A stretch of DNA of 64,000 bases from a bacterium. GTDB taxonomy: Bacteria; Patescibacteriota; Minisyncoccia; Phycocordibacterales; Phycocordibacteraceae. Where the stretch lies: NCBI GenBank assembly GCA_023269085.1, contig JAHFML010000002.1, positions 1,266-65,265 of the forward strand, in the 5' to 3' direction. The stretch's first letter is position 1, and every line of letters starts with the position of its first letter. Shown here piece by piece: positions 40,380 through 49,772 of this stretch. The translations under genes and the position numbers were made by a program. The notes below the pieces were generated by a model. That model saw only the letters and a list, made by a program, of their open reading frames with translations. It was not told where the DNA came from and did no database searches.

Positions 40380-42255
40380 ATATGGACCCAGAACTGAAAC
40401 AAGAGACGATACTGTCGTTTAAGAGTCGCATATTTGTGGCGGCGGTGACTATCGCGGGAGTGATAATAGTTAGCACGATTGCATACATAGTTTTTATGTC
40501 GAGATCATCAACATCTGCCGACAATCTGCCATCTACAGTTTCAAATAATGTTGCGTCGAGCACCGAAGATAATTTCGCAATCACTCAAGATAAGCTGGTG
40601 GCGATACAGGCTGAGATGGGGACCACGACACCTGTTGCATTAGGAGATGCATACAATATTTTTGTGCAAATCGACAATTTTTCGAATGAAACGCTATATC
40701 ACGGCGTGACGTACCACGAAGATGGGATTATAACGGCCGGACCATATAGCGGTTATCGCCGTATACTAGCAAGTCTCGAACCAGATGGTCCGGTGGGCGT
40801 GAACGATTATGTAACTTTTGCAACAAAAGACTACCGCACGTTCATTTTGCATGCACCGACAAAAGGGCGAGTGCCAAACCCGAAGTTATTCAACACAAAT
40901 GTTGTTACAAAGGCGAATGCCTTCCCAACAAATTTCCCTGAGAGTATTGTCGCGAATAAAGATTTTGTCTTATATCGTGGAGATATTGTAACGGCGACCA
41001 GCTCAGCTCTTGGTCCAGAACTTACAAGTACGAGTCCTGGGTTGCGGTTCTACACGAATCCGGGGGACTATACACACAGCGACTTCGAGGCATATAAATT
41101 CGTTACTGGCGATACCAGTATCGTGGCGCGTGATGTCGAGAATGTTCGTTTCGTATATCACTTGGCTTTTTCTGACGCAAAGAAAACCGATTGGATGGTG
41201 GGGGATATCGGAATAAAACTTCCAGCAGAATCCGGTTTATATTCAAGTTATGGCAAAGCGCTTCCGCGGGGGTGCGGCGGCGGGGATACTGGCCAGAGTT
41301 ATGTGCTTACAAATAGTGCCAATAAAGAGGTACAAAGCAGTCCGATCGCGGAGGCGCACGGCGTAGACTTGTACCGCTTCGCAAACATAGACAATCCGTT
41401 CGTCAAAGCAGAATACGATACTAAATCGTCTCAAATAAACGCCTACTTACAACAGGATCCAAATAGCAGTAGTTGGCTCACCGCAGTGCCGGACTATACT
41501 GAGTATGCAAAGAAAACCCCGATTCTTTTGTTCAGAGATCCATGGAGCAGGTGGGTAGCGGTCGGTGAAATACAGTATCAATTGCCAGGAGGATGCGGGA
41601 AGCCGGTTATCTATCTGTATCCAGAAAAACCTACCAACGTATCAGTGAAATTTATGAATGTTCCGAAATTCAGCGTCGATATTCCAACCTATACGGATGA
41701 ATGGCATGTCCTTGCCGATAAAAATGGTAACTTGCACGATCTCCAACCAAATAAGACAGACTGCGCGAGGATTGACTTAACGGCCTTTGGTTCTGATTAC
41801 GCAAAACAGTCTTGTCTTGCAGGTGTGTATCCCTATCTCTATTGGGCTGGCGAAGCCGCGGGAACGTATCCCTCTCGAGAGGGCGGTTGGGTGATAAACA
41901 AGGAGGATATCGGAATATTCCTTGAATCGAAACTTCGCGAAATTGGTTTAAATGAGCAAGAACAACAAGACATGCTTTCGTTCTGGGTGCCAACGCTTAA
42001 GAAAGCAGAATCGCCTTACTACTCAATCTCGTTCTTTACGACGAAGCAGATGAATCATTTTATCCCGATGAGAGTAACGCCGTCTCCTAACAGCGCGTTG
42101 CGCATCTTCCTCGATTGGAAGCCACTCATGGCGCTACCGAGCAGTCTCCCAACACCACAAGTATTTGTTCCTTTTGAACGGAAAGGTTTTACGCTCGTCG
42201 AATGGGGCGGGCTCGAATACAATAAATAATATGGACCCAGAACTGAAACAAGAGA
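40380..42255 (+). repeat. 27-bp exact direct repeat ATATGGACCCAGAACTGAAACAAGAGA (40380-40406, 42229-42255)
   Basis: Both flanking ORFs start MDPELKQE. Confidence 0.92.
40382..42229 (+). CDS. membrane-anchored exported protein with C-terminal KPVIYLYP...EWGG domain
   Basis: N-terminal TM helix, lower GC, conserved-looking C-terminal motifs. Confidence 0.75.
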   Translation: MDPELKQETILSFKSRIFVAAVTIAGVIIVSTIAYIVFMSRSSTSADNLPSTVSNNVASSTEDNFAITQDKLVAIQAEMGTTTPVALGDAYNIFVQIDNFSNETLYHGVTYHEDGIITAGPYSGYRRILASLEPDGPVGVNDYVTFATKDYRTFILHAPTKGRVPNPKLFNTNVVTKANAFPTNFPESIVANKDFVLYRGDIVTATSSALGPELTSTSPGLRFYTNPGDYTHSDFEAYKFVTGDTSIVARDVENVRFVYHLAFSDAKKTDWMVGDIGIKLPAESGLYSSYGKALPRGCGGGDTGQSYVLTNSANKEVQSSPIAEAHGVDLYRFANIDNPFVKAEYDTKSSQINAYLQQDPNSSSWLTAVPDYTEYAKKTPILLFRDPWSRWVAVGEIQYQLPGGCGKPVIYLYPEKPTNVSVKFMNVPKFSVDIPTYTDEWHVLADKNGNLHDLQPNKTDCARIDLTAFGSDYAKQSCLAGVYPYLYWAGEAAGTYPSREGGWVINKEDIGIFLESKLREIGLNEQEQQDMLSFWVPTLKKAESPYYSISFFTTKQMNHFIPMRVTPSPNSALRIFLDWKPLMALPSSLPTPQVFVPFERKGFTLVEWGGLEYNK

Positions 42256-42530
42256 TAGCCGAGATACATGCGCTCGAGAAGGACAATCACCAAATGCTCC
42301 GCGCTATCCGCCGCGACCAGTGGTTCGGCTTCATCGGGCGGCTCATCATCTGGGCAATAGTGCTTGCGCTCCCGCTCTACTTCTATCAGCAGTATATAGA
42401 GCCCATCATCACGAAGATTGAGGGCGTATCAACGACAACGACCGCTACTATTAGTAAGTTTTCTCTACCGACGCTCCCATCTTCCGTTCAGGTACAAAAA
42501 CTGCTAAACTCTTATAAGATGGCGCCCTAG
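42231..42530 (+). CDS. hypothetical single-TM protein
   Basis: DNHQMLRAIRR followed by a TM helix; host-like GC. Confidence 0.7.
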   Translation: MDPELKQEIAEIHALEKDNHQMLRAIRRDQWFGFIGRLIIWAIVLALPLYFYQQYIEPIITKIEGVSTTTTATISKFSLPTLPSSVQVQKLLNSYKMAP

Positions 42531-42540
42531 GCGTCGCAAC

Positions 42541-42613
42541 GCTTGGATAGCTCAGTTGGTAGAGCACTTCCCTGAAGAGGAAGGGGTCCCCGGTTCGAGC
42601 CCGGGTCCAAGCA
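42541..42613 (+). tRNA. tRNA-Phe(GAA)
   Basis: cttcc-ctGAAga-ggaag anticodon arm. Confidence 0.93.
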
Positions 42614-42621
42614 CAAAATAG

Positions 42622-43134
42622 TTACCCTGCTTTGACGCGGAGCTTGGTCTGGCGCGCTTTGTCGAGCTTGGGGAGGATGAGGGTCAAGAGACCGTCTTTG
42701 GCGCTCGCCGACGAGGAGTCAACATCGACCTCTTGCGGGAGCATGATCATGCGGGAGAAAGAGCCCCAGAAGAGCTCACGGGTGAAGTAGTCATGGTCGT
42801 TGATGCTTTCGCGTTCGGCGCGCGTGCCGGTGATCTCGACGCGGTCGCGGCTAATTGAGATACCGAGCTCATCGGGCCGGACGCCAGCGACGAAAGCGCG
42901 AACAATGATATCGCTCGAAGTCTGATGGACATCGACCGGGAGCTGGCCTTCGGCCTTTGATGCCGCGTCGTCGGTTAGAGATGCTGATCGCGGCGAATCG
43001 TTCTGGAGGCGCGTGCGCGGCTCGACGCGAGCGGGTACCGAAGCGACAGGCAAGTCGTCATCGAAAGAATCGAAAGAGTCATTCGCCGGTGCATTTCCGG
43101 AAAGGCGTTCGAAGAAGGAATGCTTTATGGTCAT
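42622..43134 (-). CDS. Hsp20/alpha-crystallin protein
   Basis: VDV......I.V.A...GV, E..WGSFSR...LP, DGLL.L.LPK. Confidence 0.9.
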   Translation of the reverse strand: MTIKHSFFERLSGNAPANDSFDSFDDDLPVASVPARVEPRTRLQNDSPRSASLTDDAASKAEGQLPVDVHQTSSDIIVRAFVAGVRPDELGISISRDRVEITGTRAERESINDHDYFTRELFWGSFSRMIMLPQEVDVDSSSASAKDGLLTLILPKLDKARQTKLRVKAG

Positions 43135-43883
43135 GATGGGCAGATGTTAGTGGGAAGGTTACGGTATTGGAAATATTTGAGCACTTCAAATGTCGCGAAG
43201 ATGATCACGGCGACGATCCAGACGAAGAAAACCGCGGTGAAGGTCGAGGCGCCTTCATTCATAATAAGGGCGTTGAAGGCGGTATGCAACGATACGGCGA
43301 GGATAAGTCCAGTTGCGGCGGCGGCGACCCGAATGGCGGGATGCTTAAAATCCGAAAAGGCGAGCGCGAAGCCGATCGACGCCGACGAAACGAGATGCAG
43401 AAGCGTCGCCCCGAGGAAGCGTTGGTCGCTCAGTATCGATCCTTGGAGGAGGCTGCCGTCAGAATAGTTGAGGATATAGAGCGTGTTCTCGGCCATCGCG
43501 AAGCCGAGAGCGACGGTGATGAGGTAGACGACATAGTCAGGGGCTTCATCGACTGCGGGACGCCAAAGGACGAATGCGGCGGCAACAATATATTTGAGCG
43601 TTTCTTCGATAAGTGCCCAGGAGAGCATCGCGTTGAACCCGAAAGCGTTCCAGGTCGCCTGCCCGAGACTACATGCCGCGGTCGAGTCGAGAGCTAGTCT
43701 GGTGCAGGCTATCTGTTCGAGCGGGATAGCAAAGAAGACGGAGAACATGCCAACAAGGAACGCGAACGCGATCATCGTTTTCGGCTCCGGGCAACGCGCG
43801 TCTTCTTTCAGAATGAAATAGAGCCAAACAAGAGAAGGGAGGAGGCCGCCGAGAAGAGCGTAACCGAGTACCGGAAGGGTCAT
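43131..43883 (-). CDS. PrsW-family intramembrane metalloprotease
   Basis: PEP, EETLK, GFA.AEN..Y, H and H..FN motifs. Confidence 0.85.
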   Translation of the reverse strand: MTLPVLGYALLGGLLPSLVWLYFILKEDARCPEPKTMIAFAFLVGMFSVFFAIPLEQIACTRLALDSTAACSLGQATWNAFGFNAMLSWALIEETLKYIVAAAFVLWRPAVDEAPDYVVYLITVALGFAMAENTLYILNYSDGSLLQGSILSDQRFLGATLLHLVSSASIGFALAFSDFKHPAIRVAAAATGLILAVSLHTAFNALIMNEGASTFTAVFFVWIVAVIIFATFEVLKYFQYRNLPTNICPS

Positions 43884-46099
43884 CCCTCAAGTATAGCAGG
43901 CCAGTGCGCGACCATGAGGAATGGCGCATCTCTGGTCGGGAGGGACTGGAAGATCTCTTCGGTGACGAAGGGCATGAAGGGGTGGAGGAGACGCACCGAG
44001 CGGTCGAGGAGGATGAGGAGGAGCCGCGCGCGCGCCGCGCGCGCGACCCCGTCTTCGCCGAGGAGTATCGGCTTCGACTCTTCGAGAATCTTGTCGGCGA
44101 GCTCGTGCCAGATGTAATGATAAATCTTTTCTGCCGCCAGGTAGAGACGGTACTCTTCGATATCGCGCGTGACTTCGGTAATGAGTGCATCGCATTGGTC
44201 GAGATAGGGACGCTCGCTCGTGGAAAAAGGAAAATCGGCACGCTCCGGGGCGCTAGCCCAAGTCTTATCCCGATTTTCCTCTTTCCACTCGCTCGCTATT
44301 CCCGCGTTTTCCGCATTCTCAAGCACAAAGCGCGCAATGTTCCAGAGCTTGTTCGCGAAGTGCTTGTAGCCTTTTATTTTGTCTTCGCTCATGCGCATGT
44401 CGGTGCCGGGCGTGTTGCCCACGATGAGCGCCATGCGCGCGGCGTCGGCGCCAAACTTCGCGGTAACATCGAGCGGGTCCATGTTGTTGCCGAGCGATTT
44501 GCTCATCTTGCGCCCTTGCGCGTCACGCACGAGGCCGTGGAGGTAAACCGTCTTGAAGGGGACGGTGCCGAGCGTGAATTCGGTCATGAGGATCATGCGC
44601 GCGATCCAGAAGAAGAGGATGTCATAGCCGGTCTCGAGGAGATTCGTCGGGTGGTACGTCTGAAGATCTTTCGTATCCTCGGGCCAGCCGAGCGTCGAGA
44701 AGGTCCAGATGCCCGAAGAGAACCAGGTGTCGAGCGTGTCCTCGTCTTGCACCCAGCCCTCGCCGCTCGGGGCCTCGCCGACGGTAATCTCTTCTCCGCG
44801 ATACCAGACGGGGATGCGATGCCCGTACCAGATCTGCCGGCTGATGCACCAGTCGCGCAGGTTCTCTATCCAATGGAAATACGTTTTCTCAAAATGTTCG
44901 GGGAGAATGGTGATAGCGCCAGAGCGCACCGATTCGAGCAAGAGCTCTTTGAGCGTCTTGTCGCGCCCGGGGACGGGTCGATCTACCTCGACGAACCACT
45001 GGAGCTTCGGCAAGGGCTCGACGATGCCGCCGGTGCGCTCGGCGGTCGAGATATTCTGCTTCACGGCTTCCTCCTTTTCGAGCAATCCCTCTTCGCGGAG
45101 CCATGCGACGACCGCGTCGCGTGCGTCGGTCGTCTTCATACCGCTGAGGCGGCCGGGCACGGTCATTTTCGCGAATTCGTTGATGATGATGACTTCGTGC
45201 GAGAGCAGATGGCGATCGGCTATCTCCCAGTCGATATGGCTGTGGGCCGGCGTGAGACCGACCGCGCCCGTGCCGAAGGCTGGGTCAACTTCCTTGTCGG
45301 CGACAATCTTGATATGAATCGGCACGTCGCAGAAGACGGCGTCGTATTCTCGGCCGACGAATGCGGTATAGCGCGCGTCATCAGGATGGACGGCGACCGC
45401 GACATCGCCGACCTTCGTCTCGGGGCGCGTGGTCGCGACCGCGATGGGGAAGTCGGAGCTGTAGCGGAAGGTGTAGAGTGTCGCGTCGCGCTCTTCATAA
45501 ACTATCTCGTCGTCTGAGATGGTCGTCTGGCCCTTCGGGTCCCAATTGACGATGCGGTTGCCGCGATAGATGAGACCAGCGTCGTACATTTTTTTAAAAA
45601 CAGCGCGAACGGCCCGATTGCGCGTCTCATCGAGAGTGAACGCTTCGCGCGACCAGTCGAGCGAGGCGCCCATGGTCTTGAGCTGTTTTAGGATAGTGTC
45701 ATGGCTCTCGGTGGCGTACGCCTCAATGCGTTTGAGGAGCTCGGCGCGGCCGAGGTCGTGGCGGCTCTTATCCTCCTCCTTCTTTATCTTCTTCTCGACG
45801 ACTGATTGCGTCGCGATGGCGGCGTGGTCGGTCCCGGGGAGCCAGAGGGTGCGCTTGCCCTGCATGCGCTGATAACGGACGACCGCATCTTCGATAGCGA
45901 GCATGAGCGCGTGGCCCATGTGGAGCCGGCCAGTGACATTTGGCGGCGGGAGTACGATAGAGAAGGGCTCAGCATCCGGCTTCGTGATGCCCTCGGCAAT
46001 GCAAGTGTCAGGGTTGAAGAGACCGCTCTCCTCCCATGCCGTATACAAACGCCCCTCGGTCGCCTCGGGGTCGTAGGGCTTCAAGAATTTCTCGTCCAT
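43880..46099 (-). CDS. valS: valyl-tRNA synthetase
   Basis: PPPNVTG.LHMGH, TTRPET, DWCISRQ and KMSKS motifs. Confidence 0.95.
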   Translation of the reverse strand: MDEKFLKPYDPEATEGRLYTAWEESGLFNPDTCIAEGITKPDAEPFSIVLPPPNVTGRLHMGHALMLAIEDAVVRYQRMQGKRTLWLPGTDHAAIATQSVVEKKIKKEEDKSRHDLGRAELLKRIEAYATESHDTILKQLKTMGASLDWSREAFTLDETRNRAVRAVFKKMYDAGLIYRGNRIVNWDPKGQTTISDDEIVYEERDATLYTFRYSSDFPIAVATTRPETKVGDVAVAVHPDDARYTAFVGREYDAVFCDVPIHIKIVADKEVDPAFGTGAVGLTPAHSHIDWEIADRHLLSHEVIIINEFAKMTVPGRLSGMKTTDARDAVVAWLREEGLLEKEEAVKQNISTAERTGGIVEPLPKLQWFVEVDRPVPGRDKTLKELLLESVRSGAITILPEHFEKTYFHWIENLRDWCISRQIWYGHRIPVWYRGEEITVGEAPSGEGWVQDEDTLDTWFSSGIWTFSTLGWPEDTKDLQTYHPTNLLETGYDILFFWIARMILMTEFTLGTVPFKTVYLHGLVRDAQGRKMSKSLGNNMDPLDVTAKFGADAARMALIVGNTPGTDMRMSEDKIKGYKHFANKLWNIARFVLENAENAGIASEWKEENRDKTWASAPERADFPFSTSERPYLDQCDALITEVTRDIEEYRLYLAAEKIYHYIWHELADKILEESKPILLGEDGVARAARARLLLILLDRSVRLLHPFMPFVTEEIFQSLPTRDAPFLMVAHWPAILEG
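44211..44297. repeat. in-frame MITE-like hairpin in valS
   Basis: 19-bp arms at 44220-44238 and 44270-44288 with 1 mismatch, flanked by CGCTCGCT. Confidence 0.75.
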
Positions 46100-46143
46100 T
46101 ATTCAAAATAATACCGCAAATACGCGGATCAGGCGAACACACA

Positions 46144-46168
46144 TTGAGTAAGGTCGAACCTCACTCAA
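46144..46168. repeat. intergenic REP family B copy
   Basis: TTGAGTAAGGT-CGA-ACCTCACTCAA. Confidence 0.8.
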
Positions 46169-46169
46169 C

Positions 46170-47399
46170 TTACTCGGTAAGTGAACGGCGGCCGGAGGCG
46201 ACAGGGGTGTGGGTGAATTCTTCGCGAAGAGCACGGTAGAAGCCGGCGAGCGCGATCATGATGGCGTTGTCGGTCGTGAGTGCCGCCGGCGGTATGCGTA
46301 GCTCAACGGGTGGACACCTAGTGTCCACCCGAGTCGCCACCGAATGCTTGAAGATGCGGCGGATGTGGGTGTTCGCCGAGACGCCGCCGCCGATGACGAG
46401 CGTCTCGGCACCAGTCGCTTCGAGCGCGCGCTCGGTCTTCTTCCACAACACCTCGGCAACGGCGTCTTCGAATTCTCGCGCGAGCTCATGCTTCTCGCGC
46501 TCGGTCACCTCGGGATTTTTCTTCAACAAATACAACACCGCCGTCTTGAGCCCGGCAAAGGAGAAGTCGCACGTCGCATCATTCAGCATTGGCCGCGGCA
46601 AGGTTGGTGTGAGTAAGGTCGAACCTTCCTCATTTGATGAGTAAGGTTCGACCTTACTCACGCTACTACGCGCTATCTCAGCGAGACGCGAGATCTCCGG
46701 CCCGCCCGGGTAGGGGAGCGAGAGCATCCGTGCGACCTTGTCAAAGGCTTCGCCGACCGCGTCGTCGCGTGTCGCCCCGACGAGCTCATACTCAAGCCAG
46801 CTCTTCATCACGACGAGCTCGGTGTGGCCACCCGAGATGAGGAGCGCGAGCACCGGCAAAGCGACGTCTTTCACTTCAAGGTTCGACCTTGAAGAAGATT
46901 CTCGCGCGAGCGCGGCCATGATATGGCCCTCCATATGATTGACCGCGACGATCGGCTTCTCCCATGCGAGGGCGAGGGCGCGTGCGAAGTTCACGCCGAC
47001 CCAAAGCGCTGGCTCGAGGCCGGGGCCCGCGGTGACGGCGATGACGTCGATATCGGGTCGTTCAGATTCCGAGACGAAGTCGAGGAACGCTTCAGTGAGG
47101 CCGGGCTCGCGCGACAAAATCTCTGCGATTTTGTCGCGCGTCTCTTCGCGCATCGCTTGCATATCCTCGTGCAAGAGCTCAGCCTCTTCAAGCGCCGCCT
47201 CAAGTATCGGGACGAGATTCTTCGCGTGTTCGCGTTTGGCGAGCATCGGGTAGACGCCGCCATACTCGCGGTGCAGATCTATCTGCGAGAGGAGCGCATT
47301 CCCGAGTACGGCAAACTCCGCGTTCGCCTCATCGCCTGTCGCCTCAACGATAGCAATCGCCGTCTCGTCACAGCTGGTCTCGATAGCGAGAATTTTCAT
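46170..47399 (-). CDS. tsaD: tRNA t6A biosynthesis protein TsaD carrying three palindromic inserts
   Basis: ILAIETSCDET, GPGL, HMEGH, SGGHT, DDAVGEAFDK, FSFAGLKT and DNAIMIA motifs. Confidence 0.95.
   Translation of the reverse strand: MKILAIETSCDETAIAIVEATGDEANAEFAVLGNALLSQIDLHREYGGVYPMLAKREHAKNLVPILEAALEEAELLHEDMQAMREETRDKIAEILSREPGLTEAFLDFVSESERPDIDVIAVTAGPGLEPALWVGVNFARALALAWEKPIVAVNHMEGHIMAALARESSSRSNLEVKDVALPVLALLISGGHTELVVMKSWLEYELVGATRDDAVGEAFDKVARMLSLPYPGGPEISRLAEIARSSVSKVEPYSSNEEGSTLLTPTLPRPMLNDATCDFSFAGLKTAVLYLLKKNPEVTEREKHELAREFEDAVAEVLWKKTERALEATGAETLVIGGGVSANTHIRRIFKHSVATRVDTRCPPVELRIPPAALTTDNAIMIALAGFYRALREEFTHTPVASGRRSLTE
46307..46331. repeat. in-frame REP family A copy in tsaD
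   Basis: CGGGTGGACAC-CTA-GTGTCCACCCG, identical to the recG unit. Confidence 0.9.
46609..46661. repeat. in-frame REP family B doublet in tsaD
   Basis: Two inverted units; encodes VSKVEPYSSNEEGSTLLT. Confidence 0.88.
46874..46894. repeat. in-frame REP family B variant in tsaD
   Basis: CTTCAAGGT-TCG-ACCTTGAAG. Confidence 0.75.
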
Positions 47400-47419
47400 A
47401 ATGATGGTAGTATAGCGCA

Positions 47420-47980
47420 ATGCAACGAAATGACCTCCTCGTCTGGATGGATCTCGAAATGACCTCGATTCATGACGTGCTCAAGGACAAGATAACCGAG
47501 ATCGCGGTCGTTCTCACCGACAAAGACCTGAATGTTGTCGTCGAAGGACCTGATATCGTTATACATGCCGACCCGAGCGACTTTGCACATATAGCGGCGG
47601 ATGCCCGCGCGGTGCACAAGGCAAATAATATGGAAGCGCTCTCTGCCGCGAGTACAACGACACTCGCCGATGCTGAAGCGCAGACGCTCGCTTTTCTCAA
47701 AGAGCACATCAGCGAAAAATCATCACCGCTCTGCGGCAACACCATTCACATGGACCGCCACTTCCTTCGCATCCACATGCCGACACTCGACGAGTACCTC
47801 TTTTATCGCTGTATCGATGTCTCAAGTATCAAAGAGCTGGCGCGTCGTTGGGCGCCAGAGATATATGAGGAGGCAGAACACCGCAAGGGGGTGAAGCCGC
47901 ATCGCGCCCGCGCCGACATCTATAACTCAATCAGTGAATTGAAATTCTATCGCGACACTTTTTTCAAATTCAATCCTTGA
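47420..47980 (+). CDS. orn: oligoribonuclease
   Basis: LVWMDLEMT, PLCGN....DR.FL, IDVSSIKELARRW and HRA..DI..S motifs. Confidence 0.92.
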   Translation: MQRNDLLVWMDLEMTSIHDVLKDKITEIAVVLTDKDLNVVVEGPDIVIHADPSDFAHIAADARAVHKANNMEALSAASTTTLADAEAQTLAFLKEHISEKSSPLCGNTIHMDRHFLRIHMPTLDEYLFYRCIDVSSIKELARRWAPEIYEEAEHRKGVKPHRARADIYNSISELKFYRDTFFKFNP

Positions 47981-48821
47981 TCTCCTCCCATGGCAAGTTG
48001 GCTGATGCGGGGATGAAGAAGCCGCTTGATGTGGCGTGACCGTTCCCTCCGTATTTCTCCGCTATCTTCGAGACATCGACCGAGCCGTCGCCCCGGATAG
48101 AGACGCCGAAGCCGTCGGGATGCGCCGAGACAACGAGGGCAATAGGCGGCAACTTGGTATAAAGCTCGTGGGCGGCGTGCGAGCGCATCGTAATCGACGG
48201 GAACGAAGTTGAGAAGTAGCACTCAAAGCCCTCAAAGCGTACTTTCTTGGCAGATTCGACTAGAAGGTGAGTCATCTTCTCGAAGTACTCCTGATAGGCC
48301 GAAGCCTTCGCGAGAAGCGCGGGCCGTTCGTTATCATCTTCGAGCGCGTGGGCGAATCTATCCCATAATTCGAAATCGTCGGGCTGTACCACGAGATACG
48401 CGAAGACCATTTCGGTCTCGGGCATCGCATAACGATACATGTCGCCGTCCTCGAGATAATACATGAGACGAGGCGTTGGTGTATGGGGGTGAAAATAGCT
48501 CCACGCGATAGTCGCGCCAGAACGCTCGGTATCGAAAACGCCCGGGAAGGTCGTCGCGACAGCGCGTACGCCCTCATGGTGGTCGAGGACGGTTACTGAT
48601 TCTGCGATGCGACGCAATGCCTCCATCTGTTCTTGGGGAAAACAAAAGTCGACGAAGATAATTTCGCGTCCTTCCATCTTTTCCGGAACCTCGCCACCGT
48701 ACTTCACGGGGATATATTCAGCTATGTCGCCGTATTTCTTCCATGCGGCATAGGCGCCGCCGAAACCGTCAGGGCATTTGGCGTGGTAGAGGATGACCGT
48801 GTGCTGGTGATGTGAGTGCAT
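47970..48821 (-). CDS. DHH/DHHA1 phosphoesterase
   Basis: YH..C.DG, VDF, LDHH and GGNGH motifs. Confidence 0.85.
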   Translation of the reverse strand: MHSHHQHTVILYHAKCPDGFGGAYAAWKKYGDIAEYIPVKYGGEVPEKMEGREIIFVDFCFPQEQMEALRRIAESVTVLDHHEGVRAVATTFPGVFDTERSGATIAWSYFHPHTPTPRLMYYLEDGDMYRYAMPETEMVFAYLVVQPDDFELWDRFAHALEDDNERPALLAKASAYQEYFEKMTHLLVESAKKVRFEGFECYFSTSFPSITMRSHAAHELYTKLPPIALVVSAHPDGFGVSIRGDGSVDVSKIAEKYGGNGHATSSGFFIPASANLPWEEIKD

Positions 48822-48830
48822 GATTCTATT

Positions 48831-49772
48831 CTACCGCACAAAGCGGGTGTAGATGCCGGCGGGGATGACGCGGTCGCCTGTGGTCTCTTTGATGAAGAGC
48901 TCGCCACATTCACCATGCGTCTCGCCGCCTGCGCCGAGCATGGTCGAGGCGAAAGCGCTCTCGACCGCCTGCGCGAAAGAGCGCGGGGCATAGCCGGCGG
49001 CATAGCCGTTCAAGAGGAAGAATGAGCCCGGTGTGTCGGCGAGCAGGTCGTGCAGGGTAATGAGCAATTCGGGGAGCGCTTCTTCGATCTTCCACACCTC
49101 GCCCTTGGCGCCGCGCCCGAAGGCGGGCGGGTCGAGGATAATGCCGTCGTAGTGAACGTCGCGGCGCAGCTCGCGGCGGGCGAAGGCGAAGGCGTCGTCG
49201 AGCACCCAGCGGATAGCGTCTTCGCTCACCCCCGAGCGGCGCGCGTTGTCGTGCGCCCAGTCGAGCGACTGCTTGGACGCATCGACATGCGTCACCTTCG
49301 CTCCCGCCTGTGCCACAACGACCGAGGCGATACCGGTGTAACCGAAGAGGTTAAGCACGTGGGGAGAAATGTCGGACATCGTAAGTCCTACATCTGATGT
49401 AGGACTTACGATGTCCGACATAGAAATTGCCTTCACGCGCCCTTCGAGCCACTCCCAGTTAGGCGCCTGCTCGGGGAAGATGCCCGTGTGCTTGAAGCTC
49501 GTGAGCGCGGCGGTGAACTTCGCGTCTCGCCACGCGAGCTCCCATACGTCGGGAACGGGCTTTCGGACGTCCCAGCCGCCACGCTTATCGCGGAAGACGA
49601 AGACCGCGTGCGCATCATGCCATAATTCCGGTCGCCGCTTCGCCCACAACGCTTGCGTCTCTGGCCGCGCGACAATGACCTCGCCGAAGCGTTCGAGCTT
49701 CATGTTATCGCCAGAGTCGATGAGCTCGTAATCGCTCCAAGGAAGTGTTGTGAGATGTTGGTCGTATTTCAT
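48831..49772 (-). CDS. class I SAM-dependent (RlmI/K-like) methyltransferase
   Basis: HTGIFPEQ, VLNLFGYTG, VDAS and DPPAFG motifs. Confidence 0.85.
   Translation of the reverse strand: MKYDQHLTTLPWSDYELIDSGDNMKLERFGEVIVARPETQALWAKRRPELWHDAHAVFVFRDKRGGWDVRKPVPDVWELAWRDAKFTAALTSFKHTGIFPEQAPNWEWLEGRVKAISMSDIVSPTSDVGLTMSDISPHVLNLFGYTGIASVVVAQAGAKVTHVDASKQSLDWAHDNARRSGVSEDAIRWVLDDAFAFARRELRRDVHYDGIILDPPAFGRGAKGEVWKIEEALPELLITLHDLLADTPGSFFLLNGYAAGYAPRSFAQAVESAFASTMLGAGGETHGECGELFIKETTGDRVIPAGIYTRFVR
49369..49421. repeat. 53-bp perfect palindrome in frame in the methyltransferase
   Basis: 26-bp arms with a 1-nt centre; both strands read MSDIVSPTSDVGLTMSDI. Confidence 0.92.
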
